From a virus (taxonomy: Duplodnaviria; Caudoviricetes), in the IMG/VR virus record IMGVR_UViG_3300033406_000395, positions 1-36,865 of that record: a DNA stretch of 36,865 nt; one strand, written 5' to 3'. Shown here one piece after another: positions 27,231-36,247 of the stretch. Under the pieces are notes generated by a model. It did not search any database and was not told the origin of the DNA. It saw only the letters and a list, made by a program, of their open reading frames with translations. Made by a program: the position numbers and the translations under genes. Position 1 is the first letter of the stretch. Each line of letters opens with the position of its first letter.

Positions 27231-28466
27231 ATGGAACTACAGCAAGAACATAATTTTCAGGTCTATTTGCAAAAGCGAAGCGGCGGCCGAACTGTCGAGA
27301 TTACCGAAACGCTTGCAGGGATCACTTGGTCCGGTGATTATCAGCAGGTATCCCGCAAACTAGATATCGATGTCCTGTACGCTGTTAATGATAAGAATCA
27401 GCCAGTTATCGTGCCGGACGTAGGAGACAAAGTCACGATGCACTATAACGGTACGCTGCAATTCGCCGGCATTGTCTGGACGCGTGATTTGTCCTCTAAG
27501 GGCCAATTCATCAAGATCAGCTGCTACGATTCCTTGATTTACATCAACAAAAGCAATGTATCCTACAACTTCAAGGACATGACGGCTGAGGCGATCACTC
27601 AGCAAGTAGCGACCGATTTAGGGGTCACAGTGGGATCACTGGCATCGACCGGCGTAACCATGAATTTGCCGGCTATCGGCAAGTCGGCTTACGACACCAT
27701 CATGGCCGCTTACACGAAGGCAGCGGAATCGACGGGACTAAAATATTTGCCGATTGTCAAAGAAAACGCCCTGTGTGTGATCGAAAAAGGCACCACGCAA
27801 GTCGCCATGAAACTGGATTATGAGTACAACATCGAAGGAACGCAATTTACTGAATCCCTCGATGGCATGGTGAATCGGGTCATTATCTATGATGACGAAG
27901 GCAATATTGTAAATACGATCGACAACAGCGGCTGGATTACGGCATACGGTATCATTCAGGATGCAATTCAAAATGAAAAAGATAAGGATATGACAGTTAA
28001 GGCGAACAAAGCGCTGAAGCCGATTGAACAAAAAGCGAACGTCGATGCGCTCGGCTGCATTGAGGCGATTACCGGCTCCGCCATCGTGATCACGGACAAG
28101 CATACCGGTCTGGATGGGCTGTTTTATATAGACGGCGACAGTCATACTTTCGTAAACAACGTGTATGAAATGAAGCTGACGCTTGCTTTTAAAAACATCA
28201 TGGATGAAAAAACCACGGAAGAACAAAACAAGGACTCCGGCGCTTCTGACGGCTCTGATGATTCGGGCGGTGACGAAGAAAAAAAAGACAGCGACTTCTT
28301 GGATAAATGGACTGTCGATAAAGACGGCAATGCGGTTTATAACCCTGATGGTACGCTGGCCATAATCGATCCAAAGGCAGGAGTTACAACGTCGACTTCT
28401 TCTTCGGACAAATCAACTTTCTTAGACAATTGGAGTGTGGATGCAAATGGCAACGTCACAAAATAA
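27231..28466 (+). CDS. Baseplate hub protein (XkdQ-like) with C-terminal extension
   Basis: ITWSGD...SRKL, CYD.L.Y, G.FYI..DSHTF...M.L.L. Confidence 0.88.
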   Translation: MELQQEHNFQVYLQKRSGGRTVEITETLAGITWSGDYQQVSRKLDIDVLYAVNDKNQPVIVPDVGDKVTMHYNGTLQFAGIVWTRDLSSKGQFIKISCYDSLIYINKSNVSYNFKDMTAEAITQQVATDLGVTVGSLASTGVTMNLPAIGKSAYDTIMAAYTKAAESTGLKYLPIVKENALCVIEKGTTQVAMKLDYEYNIEGTQFTESLDGMVNRVIIYDDEGNIVNTIDNSGWITAYGIIQDAIQNEKDKDMTVKANKALKPIEQKANVDALGCIEAITGSAIVITDKHTGLDGLFYIDGDSHTFVNNVYEMKLTLAFKNIMDEKTTEEQNKDSGASDGSDDSGGDEEKKDSDFLDKWTVDKDGNAVYNPDGTLAIIDPKAGVTTSTSSSDKSTFLDNWSVDANGNVTK

Positions 28467-29058
28467 AATCAACTTGAATTGGGCATCGGATCTGATTAGC
28501 ATGATGCAATCGACCGGCAGCGACTTCAATTCTCCTGACATCATGCTGGGCGAAGTGGTTACGCCTCCTCCGGCCCTCACGATAAAAGTAGCCAATATCG
28601 TATTGTATCCCGAACAGCTTTTGGTGGCCGACTACCTGCTTCCCGGCTACAAGCGGGCCTACTTCCAAGAAGGAGTATTACATTTAAAAGCTACGGCTGA
28701 TGCGGAGCTTGCGGGCGCAACGAAACCGACGGTGACGCCAGCAGCAGCCGTTGATGCAGCAATTGTCGGCGACCACGGAAGCCATGGACACGGTAGCCAT
28801 ACGCATCCTGAACACGCCCATGCGTTGAACGATATTGATGTGACTACGACAAAAGAAAATTTCTTTGCGCACGGTGACGGCGCTGATCCGGTTGTAACCG
28901 ACGCACGGTTCAACGGCACGGACGCGGCGGAGAAATACTTTTACTTCACCGACACACTGAAACCGAAGGATTTGGTTTTGGTGCAGCAGATGCCGGGAAC
29001 GCACTACTTCGTGGTCAAGAATAGGCTGGTGCGCATGGAAGATGTGCAGGCAAACTAA
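28441..29058 (+). CDS. Baseplate spike-like protein (XkdR/DUF2577-like), His-rich insert
   Basis: LGEVV.PPP.L.I, FTDTLKPKD.V; start could be 28441 or 28447. Confidence 0.78.
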   Translation: MQMATSQNKINLNWASDLISMMQSTGSDFNSPDIMLGEVVTPPPALTIKVANIVLYPEQLLVADYLLPGYKRAYFQEGVLHLKATADAELAGATKPTVTPAAAVDAAIVGDHGSHGHGSHTHPEHAHALNDIDVTTTKENFFAHGDGADPVVTDARFNGTDAAEKYFYFTDTLKPKDLVLVQQMPGTHYFVVKNRLVRMEDVQAN

Positions 29059-29086
29059 AAAAGTCCAGAAGCTGGACTTTTTCAAA
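29057..29086. repeat. AAAAAAGTCCAGAAGCTGGACTTTTTCAAA palindrome
   Basis: Near-identical to 16468-16497; core identical to 5468-5488. Confidence 0.8.
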
Positions 29087-29130
29087 AGAGATACCTACTG
29101 AACATATAACTGTTATAGGTGGTGACGAAA

Positions 29131-29550
29131 ATGCCTTTTGTCTTTATTGATGGGTCTAGCAATACCCAAACCACGACCGCTTCATGGGAACCGTTTAAAG
29201 AGTACGAATGGGACATCGAAACCCATGAATTCGTGATCCGTGATGGCAAGATTAATCTCTTGGAAGGTAAGCCTGCTATTAAAATATGGATCTATAAAAC
29301 ACTGCTGAGCCAGCGCGGCCGCTATAAGGCTTACACCTGGAATTACGGCAATGACCTGGATTCATTAGTTGGCTGCGGCATGACGCGGGATGTGATTATA
29401 TCCGAGGCCAAACGGATCATCGAAGAGGCTCTGTACACGAATAAGCACATTTTGAACCTGCAGAACTTCACGGCCACGATGGAAGATAACCGGCTGACCA
29501 TCAACTTTGTTGCAGTGACTGACTCGGGAGAAATTGAGGTGGCTGTTTAA
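29131..29550 (+). CDS. Baseplate wedge protein (XkdS/DUF2634-like)
   Basis: EY.WD, AIKIWIYK.L...R..Y.AYTWNYG. Confidence 0.88.
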   Translation: MPFVFIDGSSNTQTTTASWEPFKEYEWDIETHEFVIRDGKINLLEGKPAIKIWIYKTLLSQRGRYKAYTWNYGNDLDSLVGCGMTRDVIISEAKRIIEEALYTNKHILNLQNFTATMEDNRLTINFVAVTDSGEIEVAV

Positions 29551-30596
29551 TGTATGAAAACAAAACTGAGTATATCATTCTGAATAACATGCTGGCCGAA
29601 GTAACAGCGCCGGTATCCAAAGAAGAAGGTTCGCTGATCTATGACGCCCTCTCCCCGGTTGCCAATGAATTAGCCAAGCACTACATTGAATTGGACTCCT
29701 TCGTTCGCCGGGCTTTCATCCAAACCAGCAACAGCGGCTTTTTAGATTTACGGGCTGCGGAATATGGTTTGGAGCGCAAACAAGCAACCAAGGCGACGGC
29801 TACGCTTAATTTTACCGGTACAATCGGCACGGTGATTCCACAAGGCTTCTTGGTGCAGACCGTCGATGGCAAGCAATTTAGAACAATTGATCCGGTTACG
29901 ATGGCAGCAGGAACGGCTACTGTATCGGCCCAAGCTGTCGATGTTGACACGCCGTATAATGTTGCGGCCAACACGATTACGCAGATTCCGATCGGCCTGG
30001 CCGGGATAAGCACTGTAACGAATCCCAGTACAGCCTCCGGTGGCACAGCGATCGAAACGGATGAAGACTTCAGGACACGCATTTTAACCACTGTGCGCAA
30101 TCCTGGTTCGTCTGGCAATGTGAATCATTATATTCAATGGGCGATGGAGATTGACGGTGTAGGGGCTGTTAAAGTATTGCCGCTATGGAACGGCAACGGC
30201 ACCGTAAAAGTGGCCGTACTTGACTCGAACCGTTTGCCGGCCTCCAGTGACATTGTCGACGATGTGCGGATCCATATCGAAGCGGAGCGGCCGGTTGGCG
30301 CTACTGTTACGGTAGTAGCCGGTGCACTCTATGATGTGAATGTGGCCTGCGACGTGACGCTTGACGGCACGAAAACATTAACCGAAGTAACGGACGCGAT
30401 TCGGGCAACGATTGAAGACTACTTTAAAGACATTGCTTATCAGCAGACCGTGGTCTCTTACCCGAAAATATCGGCTTTAATTTTGACTGTGGACGGTGTA
30501 GCGGATCATACCGGCCTGACACTGAACAGCACTGCCGAAAACGTTACCCTTCCGTCGACCAGCGTTGCCAGACTCAACACGTTCACTATTACCTGA
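29550..30596 (+). CDS. Baseplate J-like protein (XkdT-like)
   Basis: EGSLIYDALSP, ETDEDFR.R, SGN..HY.QWA, PLWNGNGTVKV, RPVGA. Confidence 0.93.
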   Translation: MYENKTEYIILNNMLAEVTAPVSKEEGSLIYDALSPVANELAKHYIELDSFVRRAFIQTSNSGFLDLRAAEYGLERKQATKATATLNFTGTIGTVIPQGFLVQTVDGKQFRTIDPVTMAAGTATVSAQAVDVDTPYNVAANTITQIPIGLAGISTVTNPSTASGGTAIETDEDFRTRILTTVRNPGSSGNVNHYIQWAMEIDGVGAVKVLPLWNGNGTVKVAVLDSNRLPASSDIVDDVRIHIEAERPVGATVTVVAGALYDVNVACDVTLDGTKTLTEVTDAIRATIEDYFKDIAYQQTVVSYPKISALILTVDGVADHTGLTLNSTAENVTLPSTSVARLNTFTIT

Positions 30597-30650
30597 TCTT
30601 ACAACAATGGCTGCCCCTGAACAAATGGGGCGGCCAAAGGAGGTATTCCC

Positions 30651-33476
30651 TTGGCCATAGACGCAACGAATTTGCAAAAGCAACTGCCGGAGTTCGTCGG
30701 CAACGGCGCTATCCTGTCCGAAGTATTCGCCATGGATGCGGAGACTTTGAACCAAGCCGCGGCTGATCGCCTGGATACCTTCAATCAAATGTTCGTGGAA
30801 ACAGGAACATGGGGATTGAAGTTCTGGGAAGTATTCCTCGGCATTAAAGTGGATGAAACCCAAACGGACGAAGTGCGCCGCCGCATCATTGAAGCCAAAA
30901 TTATCGCCAATTCGCAAGTATTTACGCTGAAACGGTTAGTCGAAGTTTTAAACGCCTACGGCTACGGCGTGGCCAATGTTATTGAAGATGTCGCAAACTA
31001 CCAGATCGAAGTCCAGGTGCCGAATGTCATTAACAGCGTACTCGAAGTCATGGATTTAGCCAGGTACTTGCGCATTGTGTTTCCGGCCCATTTGGCTTTT
31101 AAATTAAGCGCCATCAACCGATCGATGAACGCCATAACCACGATTGATGACATTGGCCCAGTGCTGACTGTCAGATATGATTCCGATGTGTACATACTGG
31201 GGATTCGCGATAATCAACTGTATACGATTACGAAATACCAAGTATTTGAGAATGAGTTTACCAAAGATACTGTAGTCAATATTGCCAGCGCTTATCCTGG
31301 CTACGACTTTGACCCATATAATGCCGCTGCCCATTACAGCGGCAAGGTGTATATTCCCTGCACCAGCAAAATTCCATCTTCCAAGCTGCTGGAAACAATG
31401 GCGCGGAACTTTACCATTAGTGGAGCCGACATTATCCATGACAGCATGATTGGCGGCAAGGTGTTTGCCTCCTGTAACGACGCAGGGGCGACGGTGCGGA
31501 CCAGTAAGCGCCTTGTTCTGACCGACAAGTTTACCGGCGTGAATCGTTACAGCAGCATCACGATGCGGGCATCATCCCAGTTTTTGTTCGAACAGCCGTC
31601 TACCCCCTGGAATGGCGATGTGAATACCGGGCCAACCAATGGTTATGAATTAGAGACCTTTGCGGCGAATCCGACCCTGGTCACTTTGACCTACCGCTAC
31701 TATGACAAAGACGGAAATGCACTAACCGCCGCTACGACGCCGACCTTTCAATCCGTGGCCGGTGGCAATGCCTGGGACGAAAAGTTCGTGTTAAGTAACT
31801 TTCCGTCAAATGCCCATTCGGTCGAGTTCGCCGTGACTGTTCAGAAGCCGGCCCGAACCAATGTCACGTACAACAGCACCACATATAGGCACGTATTAAG
31901 CTGGGTTGATATCTGGCTGGATACCGATGTGGAAAACAAAATTGTCTTGGAAAGTAAATCGTACTACCCATCTTACATTGCTGAGATAAGCATGAGTACG
32001 GGCGTAGCCATATTTCATAACTTGCATACCCTTCTCGGCATTCCGCTAACCAGCCGCTATTATATGTTGTCTGAGAATTTCACCGATCTGGAAGTAAAGC
32101 TGCACGTCGATGAAGCCAACAATTTCCTGTATGCAATTTGCGGCTATGGTTTGGGAATGGAAGCCACCGGCGTTTATGGAGAAGCTGCCAATAATCTGTG
32201 TGTTGCCAAGATTGATAAGGCAACGATGACAGTTGCTGGCAAAAACACTATCACCAGCGGTTCCTTGTACAACCCGAACGAAGATATCATGGTCGATGCA
32301 GGATCATACCCGGCGTATGCCGATGGTGCTATTAATGATTATGCGGCCGGCAATGAGAACCGTGTAGCCAATGTTTATCGGCGCACATCTTATATTGACG
32401 AAGACTATGGCCGCAACTTCTACCTGATCTCAGGCATCAGCGGCGACTACCTTGTGTCATACGCCCGAAAAGTAAAGCATTATACTTATTCCTACTATTG
32501 GGCGATGCCTTCTGATCCGGCCAACTTGCCGAAACGCTATCTCGGTTCGTGCGTCCGTTTGCCAAGTGATTACACCAAGACAACCAAATATCCGGCTATT
32601 AAAATTATGGATTTAAACAACCTGCAGGTACGGGAAATCACAAATGAAGATTTGCTGGAACTCGGCCGCACCAGCGTTTGCACAAGGGACATGACTCGCG
32701 CTCCATTCGGGTCTGAGTGTACAAAGATCAGCGAAAGCAAGGCGTACGGCCTGCCGCTGCAATTCATCGCCTGCCGACCGGCAGTGGTAAACAAGCCGTC
32801 CCTAAATGGATCTGGCGACGACAGCGACTACGGACTCCCATTGGCGCCTTTTTCTCAAACCGGGCTGTTCGAAACGCAGCGAAACGGCAGTAAATTCGCG
32901 ATGGCTGCCGTGGACAAAGAAACGCTAGCCGTTAACGCAAGCTTCTCGTACGTGTACAACAACTTTCAGACCGTCAATTTCGATCCGGCAAAAGACAAGG
33001 TGCCGGTCTACCCGACGAATATCATGCCAGACCTGGCGATGTGGCTGGAAACGTCTTTCAATATGAGTCTGGAAGGCAACCCGGCAATCACATCAGCCAC
33101 CGTTCCCGAAACGCCCGTTTTATATACACAGTACCCAGCAGGCTATGTTGGATCGCTGTTTTATCCATATAAGAAGTCCGGCATGGTTTATAGCGAACCA
33201 TGGGACGGCAGTATCATCACTTCGGTTGCCCTGTATGAAACGAATGGTGGTGCGCAGATAAAACGCTATATTGATTACTCGGGTTACTTCATGAATCACG
33301 CCAGCCGTGATGAATACGGCCTCGGAAACGCAGTGTACGCCACGTACGACAACACGGTGCTGACCACGGCATACAATGGGCACACTGTCGCCAACGCCGA
33401 TACGCATATGGGCAAGAAACTCGCCCGCTTTGTGAAGACCCCGTATAACAGTTATATGCTATTCAACTATGTCTAA
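30651..33476 (+). CDS. XkdU/YmfQ-like baseplate domain fused to a long receptor-binding-like region
   Basis: Q.FVET.TWGL.FWE..LGI...RR..I.AK...PAHLAF in the first ~155 aa, then ~790 aa Tyr/Thr/Asn-rich beta sequence. Confidence 0.75.
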   Translation: MAIDATNLQKQLPEFVGNGAILSEVFAMDAETLNQAAADRLDTFNQMFVETGTWGLKFWEVFLGIKVDETQTDEVRRRIIEAKIIANSQVFTLKRLVEVLNAYGYGVANVIEDVANYQIEVQVPNVINSVLEVMDLARYLRIVFPAHLAFKLSAINRSMNAITTIDDIGPVLTVRYDSDVYILGIRDNQLYTITKYQVFENEFTKDTVVNIASAYPGYDFDPYNAAAHYSGKVYIPCTSKIPSSKLLETMARNFTISGADIIHDSMIGGKVFASCNDAGATVRTSKRLVLTDKFTGVNRYSSITMRASSQFLFEQPSTPWNGDVNTGPTNGYELETFAANPTLVTLTYRYYDKDGNALTAATTPTFQSVAGGNAWDEKFVLSNFPSNAHSVEFAVTVQKPARTNVTYNSTTYRHVLSWVDIWLDTDVENKIVLESKSYYPSYIAEISMSTGVAIFHNLHTLLGIPLTSRYYMLSENFTDLEVKLHVDEANNFLYAICGYGLGMEATGVYGEAANNLCVAKIDKATMTVAGKNTITSGSLYNPNEDIMVDAGSYPAYADGAINDYAAGNENRVANVYRRTSYIDEDYGRNFYLISGISGDYLVSYARKVKHYTYSYYWAMPSDPANLPKRYLGSCVRLPSDYTKTTKYPAIKIMDLNNLQVREITNEDLLELGRTSVCTRDMTRAPFGSECTKISESKAYGLPLQFIACRPAVVNKPSLNGSGDDSDYGLPLAPFSQTGLFETQRNGSKFAMAAVDKETLAVNASFSYVYNNFQTVNFDPAKDKVPVYPTNIMPDLAMWLETSFNMSLEGNPAITSATVPETPVLYTQYPAGYVGSLFYPYKKSGMVYSEPWDGSIITSVALYETNGGAQIKRYIDYSGYFMNHASRDEYGLGNAVYATYDNTVLTTAYNGHTVANADTHMGKKLARFVKTPYNSYMLFNYV

Positions 33477-33490
33477 GGAGGAATTGCCTT

Positions 33491-33799
33491 ATGGTATTTT
33501 TAACGCACGGTGAAGTGGTGGACGGCAAAGCCAAAGTGCTGGCCGTCATCTACAAGACGGATGAGTTGTCCGAGGAAATGAAAGCGGCCGGGGTATTTGT
33601 GGAATCCATTCCTGACCCGGCCGTTAACCAAGGTATCCCGATGCTGATGGTGAATCTGGCCACAATGGAACTGTGGTATGAGTACGCACCGATCCCTGAA
33701 GCACCGGTTTATCCCACGACAAAAGAAGGCCAGATGCAAAAAGAAATTGACGACCTGAAGCTGTTAATCGCTGAATTGGTTGCCGGAGGTGCTGTCTGA
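33491..33799 (+). CDS. Putative tail fibre assembly/accessory protein
   Basis: GVFVESIP.P...LWYEY plus short coiled coil; follows fibre gene. Confidence 0.65.
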   Translation: MVFLTHGEVVDGKAKVLAVIYKTDELSEEMKAAGVFVESIPDPAVNQGIPMLMVNLATMELWYEYAPIPEAPVYPTTKEGQMQKEIDDLKLLIAELVAGGAV

Positions 33800-33951
33800 T
33801 GACTGAACTCAAATTAAAACTACTGACGGATGCCGTGCGCATCCACATGAAGCGCGACAAACTGACTTTGGAAGAAGCGCTGGCTAAATACCCTGCTTTG
33901 ATCGAAACAGAAAAGGCAGCCATTGCGGCCGCCATCAACGGAGGTAACTAA
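33799..33951 (+). CDS. Small 50-aa protein (absent from ORF track)
   Basis: TGATG stop/start overlap, GGAGGTG RBS; MTELKLKLLTDAVRIHMKRDKLTLEEALAKYPAL... Confidence 0.72.
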   Translation: MTELKLKLLTDAVRIHMKRDKLTLEEALAKYPALIETEKAAIAAAINGGN

Positions 33952-33953
33952 CG

Positions 33954-34205
33954 ATGGCTAGAGAGAGACTTTTTCAGATCAAGAAATGGATCACAGTGTT
34001 CTTTGCTTGTGTGATTATGATTCAGGCTGGCTTTGTCTGCTATGCGTCTGCCGTGCCAGTCAGCAGCGACATGGCGCTTCAGCTGAGCCGAATAGAACGA
34101 CTGGGACAAATGCTTGTCGCGGGTCTTACTTTGAATTTGGTGGTTGCCCTAGTGGCTGCATACGGATTCAATGTCAGCATCGTCAATAGTTACCGATGTA
34201 AATAA
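33954..34205 (+). CDS. Small two-hydrophobic-segment membrane protein (lysis region)
   Basis: GGAGGT RBS; two hydrophobic stretches. Confidence 0.65.
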   Translation: MARERLFQIKKWITVFFACVIMIQAGFVCYASAVPVSSDMALQLSRIERLGQMLVAGLTLNLVVALVAAYGFNVSIVNSYRCK

Positions 34206-34226
34206 TCTTTATCAGGTGGTGAAGGT

Positions 34227-34592
34227 ATGGGCATCTTCTTCGATACGTTTGTATTACAACTCATACTGGTAGCCTTCAGCGGATCGCTTTTGGGAGAGGC
34301 GGTCCGCGAGGTAAATAACAATACCCCCATTTCCTTCAGCCATTTCATTGTCGAATTTATGGCCGGGGGCTTCATGGCTTTGATGATCGCGATTGTATTG
34401 AAGGTGATGGTCATAAAAGACGAACCGGTTCTTATTTTACCGTTCACGGGTTTCTTAGCTTTTGCCGGCCGTAAGAAATCGGCTGCGTTGGTTGAACGAA
34501 TGTTAATGACGATGCTGTCTAAGGGAGGGGCTATTAATGATGACAAGCCAATTCTTACAGACGATAAAGCAGAGGGTACTAACTCTGAATAA
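34227..34592 (+). CDS. Holin-like membrane protein
   Basis: Three hydrophobic segments, charged C-terminus, position after tail genes. Confidence 0.62.
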   Translation: MGIFFDTFVLQLILVAFSGSLLGEAVREVNNNTPISFSHFIVEFMAGGFMALMIAIVLKVMVIKDEPVLILPFTGFLAFAGRKKSAALVERMLMTMLSKGGAINDDKPILTDDKAEGTNSE

Positions 34593-35127
34593 GAAACAAC
34601 AGCTGATATTGGGGACAATAATTTTGTTGATTATTATGCTTGCGGTGTTTTTTACGAGTCGTAACCAAAATAACACGGTGGTTATGCAACCGGTGGACGT
34701 AGCAAACCCGGTGCAGGTGGCCGCTCAGCTTGATATATCAACAGCGAAAGCAAAAGATATCGTCAAAGCGATTGAGAAGGCCGCAGAGAATCCGCCAACC
34801 ACAAGTTGGACCGTAGAGGCGACAGATACGAAAGCGGCCGCTGAAACCGTCGTGAAGCAAATCGAAACAAATAAGGCGCCACCGATGCCGTCTGCTGATA
34901 AGACGGTGGTGACGCCAAGGGAAACTAAAGTGGATGTTTACCGGATCGATATGGATGCCGATTGGGAAGTCAGCATAGGTTATGGCAACCATGATGGGCA
35001 TAGCTACGTGCCGGTTGAGATTCAGCGAAACTACAACAAGCATAAGGCAGTCGCGGCCGAGGTGCATATGGATATGGGCCTGAAGAAAGTCCAAGGCTAT
35101 GAAGTGAAGCATGTTTGGCGATTCTAG
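34537..35127 (+). CDS. Membrane-anchored protein with C-terminal amphipathic beta-strands; spanin candidate
   Basis: TM helix LILGTIILLIIMLAVFF; ends GYEVKHVWRF; overlaps holin-like gene. Confidence 0.65.
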   Translation: MMTSQFLQTIKQRVLTLNKKQQLILGTIILLIIMLAVFFTSRNQNNTVVMQPVDVANPVQVAAQLDISTAKAKDIVKAIEKAAENPPTTSWTVEATDTKAAAETVVKQIETNKAPPMPSADKTVVTPRETKVDVYRIDMDADWEVSIGYGNHDGHSYVPVEIQRNYNKHKAVAAEVHMDMGLKKVQGYEVKHVWRF

Positions 35128-35207
35128 CAGGATGCTGCAAATGGTATCCTCGCCTATGCAATACTCATTATGTCCCGCAATATAACAAATTTAACACTCT
35201 ATTCAAC

Positions 35208-35483
35208 TTACTGTTGTACATTATTCCGTCTTTTAGAGAAAGCTACAATTACTCCCACCACCCACGCTAAAACTCCTACAAATAGAGCGCCTACGCCAAT
35301 CATTATCGTAGCTTGAGAGTATTCTGTTCCAACAGAAAATGCGCAAATAACCCAATAACCGACCGTTGGCCACAAAACATTAAAATTTATTGGCCGTCCT
35401 ACTTTTTTAAAGGCTGATTTAATCAAGACCAGCGCAAAACAAAATACGAGTGCCGGTGCAACTGACCGAAGAAATGAAGACAT
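35208..35483 (-). CDS. Small membrane protein (moron)
   Basis: AAGGAGGT RBS; three hydrophobic segments; AT-rich. Confidence 0.7.
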   Translation of the reverse strand: MSSFLRSVAPALVFCFALVLIKSAFKKVGRPINFNVLWPTVGYWVICAFSVGTEYSQATIMIGVGALFVGVLAWVVGVIVAFSKRRNNVQQ

Positions 35484-35720
35484 ACCATTTACCTCCTTAA
35501 ATATTGTCCCATTTAAGTATATACTTGGTTATATTGGATTGTCCTGCTAAAATAACGATGATGGAAAATTTTTAACAACTACTAAAGATCCATATTTTCT
35601 TCTAATGTAGGTCATAGGAAGTGATGGCCGCCCGGCTAAAGGGCGGCTTTGTTGTTCCTCAAAATGTGGCATTTTGGGGAATTGCTTAGATACCGATGGC
35701 GGCGGAGCTTGATTGTTTCG

Positions 35721-35750
35721 TTGACATGAACAATTGTTTGGGTGTAAAAT
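35721..35750 (+). promoter_or_regulatory. SigmaA-type promoter
   Basis: TTGACA-18-TAAAAT. Confidence 0.55.
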
Positions 35751-35803
35751 TTACCCAGAAAGCCGCGTTTTGGGGCATCTTGAGTATATGAGGAGGAGAC
35801 AAG

Positions 35804-36214
35804 ATGGCTAAGGTGGAGAAGGTGGAGAAGATGGGGAAGGCCGAAATTGTTTGGGCAGGGTTACAACTGGTACCTTGGGACAAAGTTATTGATAAGGCGC
35901 CCGATATATTACGTGAGGCCCGATGTATGCTTCCAAGCTTTAAGTGGAAAAATAAATCAAATGCTCCACAGAAGTTAACAGTAGAAATCTTATCCGAAAA
36001 TATAGTTCAACTTGAAAACGCCTTGGAAGAACAGGCAACGCTGATTGAATCGATGACGGAACAAAGCATAGGAATGATAGATAAGATCAAGGAATTGGAA
36101 GAAGCCAACCAGAAACTATTGGTTGAACAAGGTGCGGTGAAAAACAAGTTAAATGTTGCATTGGGGCTATCGCTGATCTCCATAGTAATAGCGGCTGTAG
36201 CAATATTACGATAG
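35804..36214 (+). CDS. Coiled-coil protein with C-terminal TM anchor
   Basis: GAGGAG RBS; heptad pattern; VALGLSLISIVIAAVAIL tail. Confidence 0.72.
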   Translation: MAKVEKVEKMGKAEIVWAGLQLVPWDKVIDKAPDILREARCMLPSFKWKNKSNAPQKLTVEILSENIVQLENALEEQATLIESMTEQSIGMIDKIKELEEANQKLLVEQGAVKNKLNVALGLSLISIVIAAVAILR

Positions 36215-36247
36215 TGATGTTTTCAAAAAGCATTGGGGGTGGCTACT

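Noticed and set aside
21346-33476. Tailocin or contractile injection system
   Set aside because: Terminase, portal, scaffold, capsid and neck genes are present with open frames
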